From: Chthoniobacterales bacterium
GTDB lineage: Bacteria > Verrucomicrobiota > Verrucomicrobiia > Chthoniobacterales > UBA10450
NCBI GenBank assembly: GCA_036522675.1
Contig: DATDFJ010000128.1
Location: 1-60,536 of the forward strand
Reading direction: 5' to 3'
Length of the DNA: 60,536 nt
Shown here piece by piece: positions 8,919 through 17,710 of this stretch; position 1 is the stretch's first letter, and each line of letters opens with the position of its first letter. The notes under the pieces are model-generated. The model was not told the origin of the DNA, searched no databases, and saw only the letters and a program-made list of their open reading frames with translations. The position numbers were made by a program, and so were the translations under genes.

Positions 8919-10005
8919 CCGAACACCGTTCAGAATCTCGTTTTTCGGCGGCGGCACCGATTATCCCGCCTGGTACCTGAAGCATGGCGGCGCGGTGCTT
9001 GCGACCACGATCGACAAATATTGCTACATCACGTGCCGCTACCTGCCGCCGTTTTTCGAGCACAAGTACTGCGTGATCTATTCGAAGATGGAATATTGCC
9101 AAAGGCTCGATGAAATCGCGCATCCCGCCGTGCGCGAGGTGCTTCGCTATTTGAAAGAAAACCGCGGCGTCGAAATCCACCACGACGGCGATATCCCGGC
9201 CCGGAGCGGCATGGGATCGAGCTCCGCCTTTACCGTCGGGCTGCTGAATGCGCTCAACGCCCTCCAGGGCCGGATGGTGACCAAGCATGACCTGGCTACC
9301 GAAAGCATCCATCTCGAGCAGGACATTTTGCGCGAGACCGTCGGCTCGCAGGATCAGGTGCTCGCGGCCTACGGCGGTTTTAACCACATTCAGTTTCTTT
9401 CCAACGGGGAAATTTCCATCCGTCCCATGACTGTTGCGCCCGAGACAGTCGCCGGTCTGAATGCGCACCTGATGTTGTTTTATACCGGCATCAAGCGCAC
9501 CGCCTCGACCGTCGCCGAGACTTATGTGAACGGCATCGACGACAAAGAGCCGCAGATGCGGGTCATCCAAGATCTCGTCGACGAGAGCATTTCGATTCTG
9601 AACTCCGGGCGGAATATCGCCGACTTCGGCGCGCTCTTGCACCAGGCCTGGGAAGCCAAGCGGAGCCTGAGCGCCACGATTTCCAATTCTGACGTCGACG
9701 ACATATACCGCGAAGCCAGGTTGGCCGGTGCGGTTGGCGGAAAGCTGATCGGCGCAGGCGGCGGCGGCTTCCTGCTGCTTTTCGCTCCTCCCGAGCGGCA
9801 ATCCGCGGTGCGGGCCCGGCTCGACAAGCTGCTCCATGTGCCGTTCAACTTCGAGTTCGCCGGCAGCCAAATCATCTTTTTCGACCGCGAACAGGACTAT
9901 TCCGCCGCGGAAAAGGCCCGCAGCGATCAGAATCTGCGACCGTTTCGCGAGCTCACCGGCCAAGAGCCCGCCTGGGCGAAACGCGAGGCCGGAGGTAAAT
10001 CGTGA
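8908..10005 (+). CDS. hddA: GHMP-family sugar kinase, HddA-like (D-glycero-alpha-D-manno-heptose-7-phosphate kinase type)
   Basis: [23 protein letters not shown] N-terminus and the GHMP motif [12 protein letters not shown]. The ATG at 8908 has GGGAGG upstream and overlaps the gmhA stop by 11 nt. Confidence 0.7.
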   Translation: [365 protein letters not shown]

Positions 10006-10934
10006 ACATTCTCGTAACCGGCGGCGCGGGCTATATCGGTTCCGTTCTGGTGCCGCTTCTGCTTCGAGAAGGCCACCAGGTTACGGTGCTGGATAATTTT
10101 CTGTACCGCCAGCCTTCTCTGCTCGACTGCTGTTTTGAAAAGCGCCTCACCGTGATTCGCGGAGACGCTAGAGACCGCGATCTCGTCGGCAAACTGGCGG
10201 CGAAGGCCGACGCGGTGCTGCCCCTGGCGTGCTTGACGGGCGCCCCGATCTGCGCGCGCGACCCGTGGGCCGCGAAAGGAGTCAATTACGAAGCGGTGAA
10301 AATGCTGGCGGAGGGATTGAGCGCCGATCAACGGCTTATTTTTCCCTCGACCAACAGCGGCTACGGCATCGGCCAGGAAGGCATCCACTGCGACGAGAAC
10401 ACGCCGCTCAAGCCCGTGTCGCTCTACGGACGCCTGAAAGTCGACGTCGAAGCTCTTTTGCTCGATACGGGACGTTTCGTGACTTTCCGCTTCGCCACGC
10501 TTTTCGGCGTCAGCCCGCGCATGCGCGTGGACCTGCTGGTCAACGACTTCACCTATCGTGCGGTGACCGACCGGTGTGTCGTGCTGTTCGAAGCGCATTT
10601 CAAGCGCAACTACCTTCACGTGCGCGACGCGGCACGCGCCTTCATTCATGTTTTGGAAAACTATGACGCGATGAAGGGCCGGCCCTACAACGTCGGTCTG
10701 AGCGACGCCAACCTCAGCAAGCAGGAGCTCTGCGAGGTCATCAAGCGGCATGTGCCGGATTTCTATTTTACCGAGGCGAAGCTCGGCGAAGATCCCGACA
10801 AACGCAATTACATCGTGAGCAACGGGCGCATCGAGTCCACGGGATTTCTCCCTTGCACGAGTCTCGACGACGGTATCGACGAACTCATCAGGGGGTATCA
10901 AATTCTTCGCCAGAATCAATTTGCAAACGTCTGA
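10002..10934 (+). CDS. NAD-dependent epimerase/dehydratase (extended SDR)
   Basis: MNILVTGGAGYIGSVLV Rossmann motif and a YGRLK (YxxxK) catalytic motif. A GTGA overlap joins it to the upstream stop. Confidence 0.8.
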   Translation: MNILVTGGAGYIGSVLVPLLLREGHQVTVLDNFLYRQPSLLDCCFEKRLTVIRGDARDRDLVGKLAAKADAVLPLACLTGAPICARDPWAAKGVNYEAVKMLAEGLSADQRLIFPSTNSGYGIGQEGIHCDENTPLKPVSLYGRLKVDVEALLLDTGRFVTFRFATLFGVSPRMRVDLLVNDFTYRAVTDRCVVLFEAHFKRNYLHVRDAARAFIHVLENYDAMKGRPYNVGLSDANLSKQELCEVIKRHVPDFYFTEAKLGEDPDKRNYIVSNGRIESTGFLPCTSLDDGIDELIRGYQILRQNQFANV

Positions 10935-10971
10935 CTACGGGCGCAGCAACTTTATCGAAAAGGAGTTTTTT

Positions 10972-11967
10972 ATGAAAAAGATCTTAGTAACGGGCGCTGG
11001 CGGCTTTATCGGCAGTTATCTCGTGACCTATCTCAAGCGTCAAGGACATTGGGTTCGCGGGGTGGATATCAAACATCCGGAGTTCAGCCGGACGGAAGCC
11101 GACGAGTTCACGCTGCTCGACCTCAGGCGCTGGGAAAATTGCCTGCGCGCGACTTCGGGCGTCGACGAGGTTTACGCGCTCGCGGCGGATATGGGGGGCA
11201 TGGGTTTCATTTCTTGCAACCATGCGCAGATTCTTCACAACAATGCGCTGATTAACTTTCACACGCTGGAAGCCGCGCGGGCGAATTGCGTGAAGCGGTA
11301 TCTCTACGCCTCGTCGGCGTGTATTTATCCGGAGTACAAGCAGCTCGAGACGGACGTCGCTCCGTTAAAGGAGGAGGACGCTTACCCCGCCGCGCCACAG
11401 GACGCCTACGGGTGGGAGAAGCTCATCACCGAGCGTTTGTGCACGCATTACCGTGAAGACTACGGCATCGAGACGCGCATCGTGCGCTTCCATAACATCT
11501 TCGGACCGCTGGGCACATGGGAAGGAGGCCGCGAAAAGGCGCCCGCGGCGATGTGCCGCAAGATCGCCGTCGCCAAGCTGACCGGCAATCATGAGATCGA
11601 AATCTGGGGCGACGGCGCGCAGACGCGGTCGTTTTGCTACGTCGACGACTGCGTGAAAGGAATCCACAAGCTGATGGAGTCCGACTACCATGAGCCGTTG
11701 AATCTGGGTCAGGATCGCATGGTCAGCATCGACCAGCTCGCGGATATTATCGGCGACATCGCGAGCGTGCGGATCAGTAAAAAGCACGTGCCCGGACCGC
11801 AGGGCGTTCGCGGGCGAAATTCTGACAACACACGCCTGAGGGAGATCCTGCGTTGGGAACCGGAAATAACTTTGGAAGAAGGCTTGGCCCGAACCTATAC
11901 CTGGATTGAAAAGCAGGTCGCAGCCGCCGCCGCGGCCCAGCCGGTCGCTGCCAACTCCGCCGGCTAA
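10972..11967 (+). CDS. GDP-mannose 3,5-epimerase-like SDR
   Basis: LAADMGGMGFISCNHAQILHNNALINFHTLEAAR...YASSACIYPEYKQLET...PQDAYGWEKL...FHNIFGPLGTWEGGREKAPAAMCRK closely tracks the conserved blocks of GDP-mannose 3,5-epimerases. AAGGAG lies upstream of the ATG at 10972. Confidence 0.75.
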   Translation: MKKILVTGAGGFIGSYLVTYLKRQGHWVRGVDIKHPEFSRTEADEFTLLDLRRWENCLRATSGVDEVYALAADMGGMGFISCNHAQILHNNALINFHTLEAARANCVKRYLYASSACIYPEYKQLETDVAPLKEEDAYPAAPQDAYGWEKLITERLCTHYREDYGIETRIVRFHNIFGPLGTWEGGREKAPAAMCRKIAVAKLTGNHEIEIWGDGAQTRSFCYVDDCVKGIHKLMESDYHEPLNLGQDRMVSIDQLADIIGDIASVRISKKHVPGPQGVRGRNSDNTRLREILRWEPEITLEEGLARTYTWIEKQVAAAAAAQPVAANSAG

Positions 11968-12024
11968 TTCCAACGCGCATCGATCTGTTTCGGTTCTGGT
12001 GCGAATCCCCCGCAATGGAACCAT

Positions 12025-15000
12025 ATGCACTACAAACACACGCTGTTTGAGGATTTAGTAAAAGTCGCGACCGCAGTCACCCGGTTTAAGCAGCCGTGGA
12101 AATATCTGACGGCGGCATGCCTATCATGCGCGATGATCGCCCTAGTCGCGCCTCATGTCGCGGCGCAACCGAACGTTGTCGGCAAATGGCAGACGCTTTC
12201 CGGCTCGATGCCGATCAATCCCATCCATGTGGGATTGATGCGCAACGGCAAAGTCTTGATCCTGGCAGGCTCCGGCAACGACGATGCTGAGTTCGATGAG
12301 AAAATTTCCCAATTGGCCATCTGGGATCCTGTGGCAGATCCTCAGGGCAGCGCCATCACGGTGCAAAACGTCGGCTGGGACCTCTTCTGCAACGGTATGG
12401 CCTTCTTGCCGGACGGCCGGGCGCTCATTATCGGCGGCACTGATCAGTACGATCCGTTTCACGGCTCGCCGCGAGCGGCCGTATTCGATCCGCTAAAGCA
12501 GCAGTTCATCCAGGTCCAGAGTATGGCGCACGGTCGCTGGTACGGCACGGTGACCGCCTTAGGGAACGGGCAGTTGATGACATTCTCCGGCTTCACGCAG
12601 AACGATAGTGAGATCAACAAAAATGTCGAGAAGTACGAGGTGGCTTTCGGCTGGCATCCCGAAGTGCAAGCGCCGTGGACGCCGCGACTCTATCCCTGGC
12701 TACACCTCTTGCCCAGCGGCTTGATTTTTTATTCCGGTTATACGCCGGTCTCGTGGATATTCGATCCGGTGGCTCAGACCTGGGCTCTAGGCCCGACTAC
12801 CATATATAACGGCATGCGCACATACGGCAGCTCTGTTTTGCTGCCGTTGTTGCCGCCGAACTATACGCCGCGCGTGATGATCACGGGCGGCGCGCCCATC
12901 TACGATGTCAGTCCGACAGCTCCAGCTACGGCGAGCACGGAGATCATTGACCTCTCGCAACCGAGCCCGTCTTGGACTGCAGGCCCCAACATGTCGGCGC
13001 CCCGTGTCGAGATGAACTCGGTTCTTCTACCTAATGGCAAGGTGCTTCTCTTAGGAGGGTCCAGGATCGACGAGCAGGGCGACGCGCCCGATCCGATCAC
13101 GGGTATTCCTCCGGGCCACCTGGCTGATCTCTACGATCCGGTGTCGAACACGATATCGTCCGCCGGCCACAACAATTTCGACCGGCTCTATCACTCCAAC
13201 GGCATGCTGATGCCGGACGGGACCGTGTGGGTTAGCGGCTCCAACCCAGCCCGCGGCGTGTACGAGTCGCACATGGAGGTCTATTCTCCGCGGTATCTAT
13301 TTAATGCAGACGGCACGCCCGCCGCGCGTCCGCAGATCGTGAGCGCCCCCTCGATCGTCGGCTACGGCGATGCGCCGTTCACCGTTCAAGTCGATGCTCC
13401 GAACACTATTCAGTCTGTGGTGCTAATGCGGAACGGTGCCCCGACGCACGGCTTCGATATGGAGCAGCGGATGATCGGGCTCACTTTCAACTTGGTGAAC
13501 GGCGTCTTGAAAGTCACGCCGCCGCCGAGCGTCAACAGCGTTCCGTCGGGCGCGAACATCGCGCCGCCCGGATATTACATGCTCTTCGTCGTGAACAACG
13601 CCGGCGTGCCTTCCGTGGCGTCCTTCATCCAGCTCACGCTGACCGGCGCGAACCATACGCCGCCTGTTGGAATCCTCAACGCCACACCGGCGCCCGATCA
13701 GAACGGTGTCATTAATATACAAACAGGCGATTCCGTGACCTTTACCGGCAACAGCGTCGGCGGCGCCGCGACCCAGTATTCCTGGATCTTTCCCGAAGTA
13801 GTGCCGGATTCCGACCCGCTCACTTCGCAAAAAGATCCCGGCCCCATCACTTTTCCAATCGCCGGCACTTACACCGTCTCGCTCACAGTAAAAGACAGCG
13901 CGGGCGCGACGGATCCCAGTCCTCCGACTGTGACCGTGACGGTAGTGAATCCAGTCCCTGTGACGCTCAACCTCTCGAAAACCGGCGCGGGCGGCGGGAC
14001 GGTGACGAGCAATCCCGCGGGAATCGACTGCGGCGCGACGTGCAGCGGCCAGTTCTTCAGCAATATCAAGGTGACGCTCACCGCCACGCCGGACGGCCCG
14101 GGCTCGACCTTCAACGGATGGAGTGGAGGGTGGTGCAGCGGCAAGGGCGTGTGCGTACCAACGCTTGACTTCGATCCGACCACGGTCACGGCGAACTTTA
14201 TCGTTACTCCGGAGAAGTTGACGGTTGTGAAAACCGGTGCGGGCAGCGGCACGGTGACGAGCGATTTGTCTGGAATCACTTGCGGAGCGACCTGCTCGAA
14301 AAACTATAACTATGGCGATTCGGTGACGCTCACGGCTACGTCGGCCGCTCCGGGTTCGACGTTCACCGGCTGGAGCGGCGGCGGGTGCAGCGGCACGGGG
14401 GCATGCACGGTTACGCTCACTAGTCCCATCACTGTGACGGCGAATTTTGCACCCATAACGATCAATCTGAATATCTCGAAGAGCGGCACTGGCGGCGGTA
14501 CGGTCACGAGCAACCCCGCCGGCATCGACTGCGGCGCGACCTGTGCGGCGATTTATGGTTATGGTACACCCGTCACGTTGACCGCGGTTCCCGACGCCGG
14601 CTCCGCGTTCAACGGCTGGAGCGGGGGATGCACAGGGACTGGAGATTGCGCGCCGGATTTGACTGCCGACGCGAGCGTCACGGCGGACTTTATTTCGGTT
14701 CCTCCCCTCACTCTCGTGCCTTCTCCGCTTCCCGACGCGGAAGTCGGACTGGATTACAGCTTGACGCTGGTGAACGGCGGCTTACCGCCGTACACCATCA
14801 CGCCGATCAAGGGCGTCCTTCCGGCAGGGATGAGCATCGACCCGGACACCGGGACTCTAAAAGGCAAACCGGATATCGGAAAAGCCACGAGCTTCACAAT
14901 TAAAGTCGCCTATCAGTTCGGGCCCTCCATGACGAGCACTTATAAGCTTGTCGTCCGCAAGCCACTGCTCGTCGCAACCACAGCCCTCAAGGCCGGAACG

Positions 15001-15225
15001 AATAATAAAGCTTACAGCGCGAAGCTCAAAGCCACCGGAGGAAAAGCGCCGTATGCCTGGAGTGAACTGACGGGAAATCTTGTCGGCACCGGGTTAATGC
15101 TAGATTCGGCCACCGGCGCGATCACGGGGATGCCCGCGGCGGGAGCATCCCTTAATTTAACTTTTAAGGTGAGGGATGCACTAGGCGGTGAACAACAGGA
15201 AGATTTTTTGCTCACGATCAATTAG
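12025..15225 (+). CDS. Secreted copper-radical oxidase (galactose/glyoxal oxidase, AA5-like, with DUF1929-type C-domain) fused to a PKD domain, three InlB-B-repeat-like modules and two putative Ig (He_PIG-like) domains
   Basis: All catalytic motifs are present: DLFCNGMAFLPDGRALIIGG (crosslink Cys), HGRWYGT (crosslink Tyr), RLYHSNGMLMPDG (axial Tyr-His) and APTHGFDMEQR (His). The N-terminus is hydrophobic and ends in an AAQP cleavage-like site. Confidence 0.8.
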   Translation: MHYKHTLFEDLVKVATAVTRFKQPWKYLTAACLSCAMIALVAPHVAAQPNVVGKWQTLSGSMPINPIHVGLMRNGKVLILAGSGNDDAEFDEKISQLAIWDPVADPQGSAITVQNVGWDLFCNGMAFLPDGRALIIGGTDQYDPFHGSPRAAVFDPLKQQFIQVQSMAHGRWYGTVTALGNGQLMTFSGFTQNDSEINKNVEKYEVAFGWHPEVQAPWTPRLYPWLHLLPSGLIFYSGYTPVSWIFDPVAQTWALGPTTIYNGMRTYGSSVLLPLLPPNYTPRVMITGGAPIYDVSPTAPATASTEIIDLSQPSPSWTAGPNMSAPRVEMNSVLLPNGKVLLLGGSRIDEQGDAPDPITGIPPGHLADLYDPVSNTISSAGHNNFDRLYHSNGMLMPDGTVWVSGSNPARGVYESHMEVYSPRYLFNADGTPAARPQIVSAPSIVGYGDAPFTVQVDAPNTIQSVVLMRNGAPTHGFDMEQRMIGLTFNLVNGVLKVTPPPSVNSVPSGANIAPPGYYMLFVVNNAGVPSVASFIQLTLTGANHTPPVGILNATPAPDQNGVINIQTGDSVTFTGNSVGGAATQYSWIFPEVVPDSDPLTSQKDPGPITFPIAGTYTVSLTVKDSAGATDPSPPTVTVTVVNPVPVTLNLSKTGAGGGTVTSNPAGIDCGATCSGQFFSNIKVTLTATPDGPGSTFNGWSGGWCSGKGVCVPTLDFDPTTVTANFIVTPEKLTVVKTGAGSGTVTSDLSGITCGATCSKNYNYGDSVTLTATSAAPGSTFTGWSGGGCSGTGACTVTLTSPITVTANFAPITINLNISKSGTGGGTVTSNPAGIDCGATCAAIYGYGTPVTLTAVPDAGSAFNGWSGGCTGTGDCAPDLTADASVTADFISVPPLTLVPSPLPDAEVGLDYSLTLVNGGLPPYTITPIKGVLPAGMSIDPDTGTLKGKPDIGKATSFTIKVAYQFGPSMTSTYKLVVRKPLLVATTALKAGTNNKAYSAKLKATGGKAPYAWSELTGNLVGTGLMLDSATGAITGMPAAGASLNLTFKVRDALGGEQQEDFLLTIN
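13960..14691 (+). repeat. Three tandem ~80-aa InlB-B-repeat-like modules (coding repeats) inside the oxidase gene
   Basis: The units are 13960-14199, 14212-14448 and 14455-14691. Each has the pattern GxGGGTVTSxPxGIxCGxTC...VTLTAxPxxGSxFxGWSGGxCxGxGxC...VTAxF. Units 1 and 3 are also visibly similar at DNA level. Confidence 0.8.
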
Positions 15226-15274
15226 CAATCGGACGACTTGAGAAACAACCGCCGTCACGAGGGCTATTTTATCG

Positions 15275-16450
15275 ATGGGCAAGAAATGGGTTCTGTTTGC
15301 AGCGCTGATGGTTGCGCTGCTCGACAACTGGAATGCGATTTCAGACGATAGCCCCACCTTCGGCGATCCGCTTCCTACTCTGAGCAGCGAGGAGCTTGAT
15401 CTTTTCTCCCAGGGCAAAGCTGAATTCGCGCGCATCTTGACTCTAGCGGAGGGGGTGGGGCCGGTGTTCAACGGCCGATCATGCGTCGCCTGCCATGCGA
15501 TTCCCGTGCCTGGGGGAGACAGCGGCGTCGTCGAGCACCGATTCGCCACGGTCACAAACGGGGCGTTCGATCCTATGATCTCTTTTGGAGGACCGACACT
15601 TCAAACCGAAGGCATCGGTCATGTTAGCTCATGCACTTTCTCCGGTGAGACGATTCCTCCGGAGGCCACGATTATCGCCGAACGCAAAACAACGCCGCTC
15701 TTCGGCTTAGGGCTCGTGGAGAGCGTGCCGGACGGTGTATTTCGAAAAATTGCCGATCGCCAGCAAAGAAAAACTCCTGATACCGCCGGACGGCCCAACG
15801 CGGTAACGGACGTTACGACGGGGCTTACAGCGGTGGGCAAATTCGGATGGAAGGCTCAAGTTCCTTCATTGCTCCATTTTTCAGCCGAGGCATTCCATAC
15901 CGAAATGGGAATTACGAATCCTTTTTTCCCCGATGATTTATGCCCGCAGGGAAACTGCGCCGCGTTGGCGGCGTGCGATCCGGCCGCCGACCCCGAGGAC
16001 GACGGTTCGAATGTCCAGGCGGTGGCAGACTTTATGAGGTTTCTCGCCCCGCCGTCGCGGCCAACCCGGACTTCGCAAACCCGTTTCGGCGAGTCGGTTT
16101 TTATGAAGATCGGCTGCGGCGACTGTCATTTGCCAGCGCTGAAAACCGGGCGCAGTCCGGTGAAGGCGCTGAATCGTGTGAAGTTTCATCCGTTTTCGGA
16201 TTTTCTCATCCATGATATGGGAAATCTGGGCGACGGTTTCGAACAGGGCGACGCCTCAGGAAGCGAAATGCGCACGGCACCGCTCTGGGGGCTTGGCAAG
16301 CGCACGCGTTTTCTGCACGACGGGTCGGCGTCGACCATGGAAGACGCCGTCCTCGCCCACGACGGACAAGGCGCGGCGTCCAGGGACCGCTTTGCGGCGC
16401 TTGAGTCCAAAGATTTACAGAATCTTCTCGCCTTTCTCGCCTCGCTGTAG
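15275..16450 (+). CDS. DUF1111-type di-haem protein (putative cytochrome c peroxidase/oxidoreductase), secreted
   Basis: Two CxxCH haem-binding motifs (CVACH, CGDCH). Signal-like N-terminus MGKKWVLFAALMVALL. The size and spacing fit DUF1111. Confidence 0.65.
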   Translation: MGKKWVLFAALMVALLDNWNAISDDSPTFGDPLPTLSSEELDLFSQGKAEFARILTLAEGVGPVFNGRSCVACHAIPVPGGDSGVVEHRFATVTNGAFDPMISFGGPTLQTEGIGHVSSCTFSGETIPPEATIIAERKTTPLFGLGLVESVPDGVFRKIADRQQRKTPDTAGRPNAVTDVTTGLTAVGKFGWKAQVPSLLHFSAEAFHTEMGITNPFFPDDLCPQGNCAALAACDPAADPEDDGSNVQAVADFMRFLAPPSRPTRTSQTRFGESVFMKIGCGDCHLPALKTGRSPVKALNRVKFHPFSDFLIHDMGNLGDGFEQGDASGSEMRTAPLWGLGKRTRFLHDGSASTMEDAVLAHDGQGAASRDRFAALESKDLQNLLAFLASL

Positions 16451-16480
16451 ATGCCGGCCGTACGCGGCCCTTGTGTTGCA

Positions 16481-17710
16481 ATGAAACTCCTGGTCATTAC
16501 CGGCGCTTTTCCGCCGATGTCCGCAGGCGAGGCGGATCATGTGTTCCACTTGTGCCGCCGTCTGGCCGACCGCGGAGTCGACGTTCACGTGGTGACGAGC
16601 CGGGGCAACAAAGTCAGCGACTCGTTGCCTTTCAAGGTTTATCCTGTCATACGCGGCTGGTCCTGGCCTGATTTGTTTCGTCTTGTACGGCTTTTCAAGC
16701 GTATTTCACCGGATGCGGTGCTGCTCAAATACATCGGTTGGATCTACAACGATCATCCGATGGTCACATTTATGCCGACCGTATCCAAGTCGCTCAAACG
16801 ATCCGCCGTATTCGTCACCCAATTCGCTAACGCGGAGGGGGCGCCGCCGGAGAAAATGTCGTTGGGGACCCGGCTCTTGCGCAACATGATAGCGCGCAAG
16901 GCCGGCCTAGCCTGTGTCGACGATCATTATGGAACGCTGCTGCGCGACAGCGATCGTTTAATTGTGCTCAGTAATTTGCACCGCACATGGCTCGCAGGGC
17001 GGTTTTCACCTGTGCGCGATAAGAGCGTTCTGATTCCGCCGCCACCCATCATGATGATGGCGCAAGAGCCCAACGGCGTCGGCCGCGAGCGGGTCAGAAA
17101 AAAATTAGGCGTCGGGTCAGATGAATTCTTGCTCGTCTACTTCGGCTATGTTTATCCACGCAAGGGCGTCGAGACCCTGCTCCGAGCTTTCCAAATCGTG
17201 GTGCGCAAGCAACGGAACGTGAGGTTGTTGATTGTCGGAGGCTTTATCGCGCGGGATTTTCCCGACTACGCGACCTACCGTAATAGCGTTACAGCGCTTC
17301 CCAAGGAGCTCGGCATCGAAGACAAGGTCATCTGGTTTGGAGGTTACGATTGGAACAGCGACGAGGCCTCGCAAAATTTGCGGGCCGCCGATGCGGCTGT
17401 AATCCCCATGGACTATGGAGTGCAGATGAACAACAGCGCTTTTGCGGCGCTTGTAGCGCACGGTTTGCCCGTGATCGCGACGCAAGGCGCGGATCTCGAG
17501 GAGCAGTTCCTCAACGAAAATAACGTTCTTTTATGTCCTCCAAGAGATCCTGTGGCCATGGCTGCGTCAATCGAAATGCTGATCGGAGACCCCGCGCTTG
17601 CGCGCCGCCTCAAGGCCGGCGCTTCGGAACTTGCTGAGAAATGGTTCTCGTGGGACAAGGCGATTGATCGCACGATCAGTGCCCTGAACGGCGGAGAGCG
17701 GTTTTCATGA
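16481..17710 (+). CDS. Glycosyltransferase, GT-B fold (GT4-like)
   Basis: MKLLVITGAFPPMSAGEADHV N-terminus and a C-terminal group-1 GT block (AADAAVIPMDYGVQMNNSAFAALVAHGLPVIATQG). An alternative ATG at 16451 directly abuts the upstream stop. Confidence 0.75.
   Translation: MKLLVITGAFPPMSAGEADHVFHLCRRLADRGVDVHVVTSRGNKVSDSLPFKVYPVIRGWSWPDLFRLVRLFKRISPDAVLLKYIGWIYNDHPMVTFMPTVSKSLKRSAVFVTQFANAEGAPPEKMSLGTRLLRNMIARKAGLACVDDHYGTLLRDSDRLIVLSNLHRTWLAGRFSPVRDKSVLIPPPPIMMMAQEPNGVGRERVRKKLGVGSDEFLLVYFGYVYPRKGVETLLRAFQIVVRKQRNVRLLIVGGFIARDFPDYATYRNSVTALPKELGIEDKVIWFGGYDWNSDEASQNLRAADAAVIPMDYGVQMNNSAFAALVAHGLPVIATQGADLEEQFLNENNVLLCPPRDPVAMAASIEMLIGDPALARRLKAGASELAEKWFSWDKAIDRTISALNGGERFS

Noticed and set aside
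7063-10919. Three long minus-strand ORFs (7063-8235, 8773-9963, 9927-10919) opposite the SGNH, GmhA/HddA-like and SDR genes.
   Set aside because: The logic is the same: the plus-strand genes carry GDSL, SIS, GHMP and Rossmann signatures, and the antisense translations have no motifs.
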